From: Myxococcota bacterium
GTDB lineage: Bacteria > Myxococcota_A > UBA9160 > JAFDDA01
Assembly: GCA_965228475.1 (NCBI GenBank)
Contig: OZ245817.1
Coordinates: 4,800,001 to 4,864,000 of the forward strand
Direction of reading: 5' to 3'
DNA: 64,000 nucleotides
Position numbers and translations under genes: made by a program. Below, piece after piece: positions 62,513-64,000 of this stretch (its first letter is position 1; every line of letters begins with the position of its first letter). The notes under the pieces are model-generated. The model saw only the letters and a program-made list of their open reading frames with translations. It was not told where the DNA came from and searched no databases.

Positions 62513-63535
62513 TCACGAGGCGAACACCGTGCGGTGATGACGGCGGAGCAGGAACAGGAAGAGCGGGCCCCCGACGATGGCGGTGATCGCGCCGACCGGG
62601 AGCTCGCGCCCCGGCAACACCATGCGCGCCGCCGTGTCGCACAGGACGAGGAAGGCCGCGCCGCCGAGCGCCGAGGCCGGCACGAGCAGGCGGTGGTCGG
62701 GGCCGAGCACGAGCCGCAGCAGGTGCGGGATGATCAGCCCCACGAACCCGATCAGCCCCGAGACCGCGACCGCCGCCCCCACCATGAGCGACGTCGCGAG
62801 CAGGAGGATGCGCTTGTGCCGCTCGACGTCGACGCCGAGCTGGCTCGCGGACTCGTCGCCGAGCGCGAGGAGATTCAGCCCGCGCGCCAGAGGCAGGGCG
62901 CACGCGAGGCCGAAGAAGAGGAAGGCCGCGACCCAGAGCGAGAGCTGCACGTCGCCCGTCGAGAGGCTTCCGATCAACCAGAGGAAGATGCTCGCGCCCT
63001 CGGCGAGGCCGGCCACCGAGGCGATGAACACGATCGCCGCCGAGGCGAAGGCGTTGAAGACGACGCCGGTCAGGAGCAGGCCCGTCGTCGAGACCCGGCC
63101 GCCGAAGCCGGTGAGCCCGAACAGGAGCACGGTCGTCACGATCGCGCCGGCGAAGGAGGCGACGGGCACGGCGGATTGCGCGAGACCGATCGCCGTCCCG
63201 AAAGCGAGCACCGAGATTCCGCCCAGGGCCGCGCCGCCGGAGATGCCGAGGATGAAGGGGTCCGCGAGCGGGTTGCGCAGGAGCGCCTGGAAGAGCACGC
63301 CGGCGACGGCGAGGGAAGCCCCGACGCCCGCGGCCAGCGCCACCCGCGGGAGGCGGATGCGCAGCACGATGTCCGCGCTCGCACCTTCGGCTCCGCCCAA
63401 GAGCGCGCCGAACACCTCGGCGAGCGACAGGCCGCTCTGGCCGAGCACCAGGCCCGCCGACAGCGCCGCGGCCAGCAGCGCGGCCAGGGCGAGCAGGACG
63501 GAGACGAGCCGCGTCTTGGTGAGGGCGCCTTTCAC
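62513..63535 (-). CDS. FecCD/BtuC-family ABC permease
   Basis: IRLPR, RNPLADP, GLIGFVGLIIPH, LPVGAIT. Confidence 0.93.
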   Translation of the reverse strand: MKGALTKTRLVSVLLALAALLAAALSAGLVLGQSGLSLAEVFGALLGGAEGASADIVLRIRLPRVALAAGVGASLAVAGVLFQALLRNPLADPFILGISGGAALGGISVLAFGTAIGLAQSAVPVASFAGAIVTTVLLFGLTGFGGRVSTTGLLLTGVVFNAFASAAIVFIASVAGLAEGASIFLWLIGSLSTGDVQLSLWVAAFLFFGLACALPLARGLNLLALGDESASQLGVDVERHKRILLLATSLMVGAAVAVSGLIGFVGLIIPHLLRLVLGPDHRLLVPASALGGAAFLVLCDTAARMVLPGRELPVGAITAIVGGPLFLFLLRRHHRTVFAS

Positions 63536-64000
63536 GGGGCCGGGTCACCCGCCGCGGGCCCGGCGAGATCGCCGTGCACGCTTCGCGCGAGCAGACGCAG
63601 GGCTTCGTCGAGGGCCGGGCCGGGGAGGGTCGCCGCGCCGGAAGGGATCGAGACGACGCGCTTCTCCCGCACGGCCGGCAGCGAGGGCCAGCGCGCCCAG
63701 TAGTCGGGAGCGGGCTCGGCGTCGTGGCTCGCGTCGAGGATCACCTCCGGCGCCCGGGCCACGAGCCACTCGAGCGAGATCCTCGGGTAGGAGCCCTCCA
63801 CCTCGCGGCCGAGGTTGCGCGCGCCGGCGCTCGCGAGCATCTCGTCGATGAAGTTCCCGCCGCCGACCACGAAGAGCGGATCGCGCTGGAGGACGAGCAC
63901 GGCCGAACGAACCGGACGGCCGGCGACGGCGGCCTCCACCTCGGCCCGCGCGGCGCGGATGGCCGCGACCCGCTCGCGTGCCTTCGCCTCGCTTCCGGTG
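63532..64000 (-). CDS. BtuF/FepB-type substrate-binding protein, C-terminal part (truncated by the window edge)
   Basis: FIDEMLASAGARN, YPRISLE, PEVI, LPAVREKRV; stop overlaps the permease start. Confidence 0.8.
   Translation of the reverse strand, partial: TGSEAKARERVAAIRAARAEVEAAVAGRPVRSAVLVLQRDPLFVVGGGNFIDEMLASAGARNLGREVEGSYPRISLEWLVARAPEVILDASHDAEPAPDYWARWPSLPAVREKRVVSIPSGAATLPGPALDEALRLLARSVHGDLAGPAAGDPAP

Overview
High-GC, gene-dense 64 kb chromosomal segment. Gene content (sigma-54 systems, BBP2 porins, PilZ, sulfatases) suggests Myxococcota/Deltaproteobacteria, which is an inference. Mostly housekeeping and metabolism: gshA, peptidases, tatBC, biotin carboxylase, malic enzyme, acyl-CoA dehydrogenase, mrcB-TPR lipoprotein-lspA, argH-lysA-dapF-dapA-dapB, eno, an iron/B12 ABC importer and tRNA-Ala(CGC). 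No transposase, integrase, phage gene or CRISPR array was seen. Main observations: (1) two copies of a ~125-nt fold-back element with identical inner blocks, unrelated but perfectly paired 26-27 bp outer arms, and a GTAG end; (2) a nitrogen region where four sigma-54 promoters and NtrC-type 17-bp boxes link amt-glnK, a divergent wax-ester/TAG synthase, a stand-alone Fis-like HTH protein and one of two tandem porins; (3) a DHDPS-family aldolase plus a PfkB kinase-KdsD isomerase fusion that could form a Kdo catabolic pathway; (4) a degenerate REC/AAA+/histidine-kinase chimera next to an NtrC-type activator, two palindromic boxes and a sigma-54-driven REC+PilZ operon; (5) small ORFs absent from the ORF track. 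All calls come from reading motifs by eye; no searches were run.
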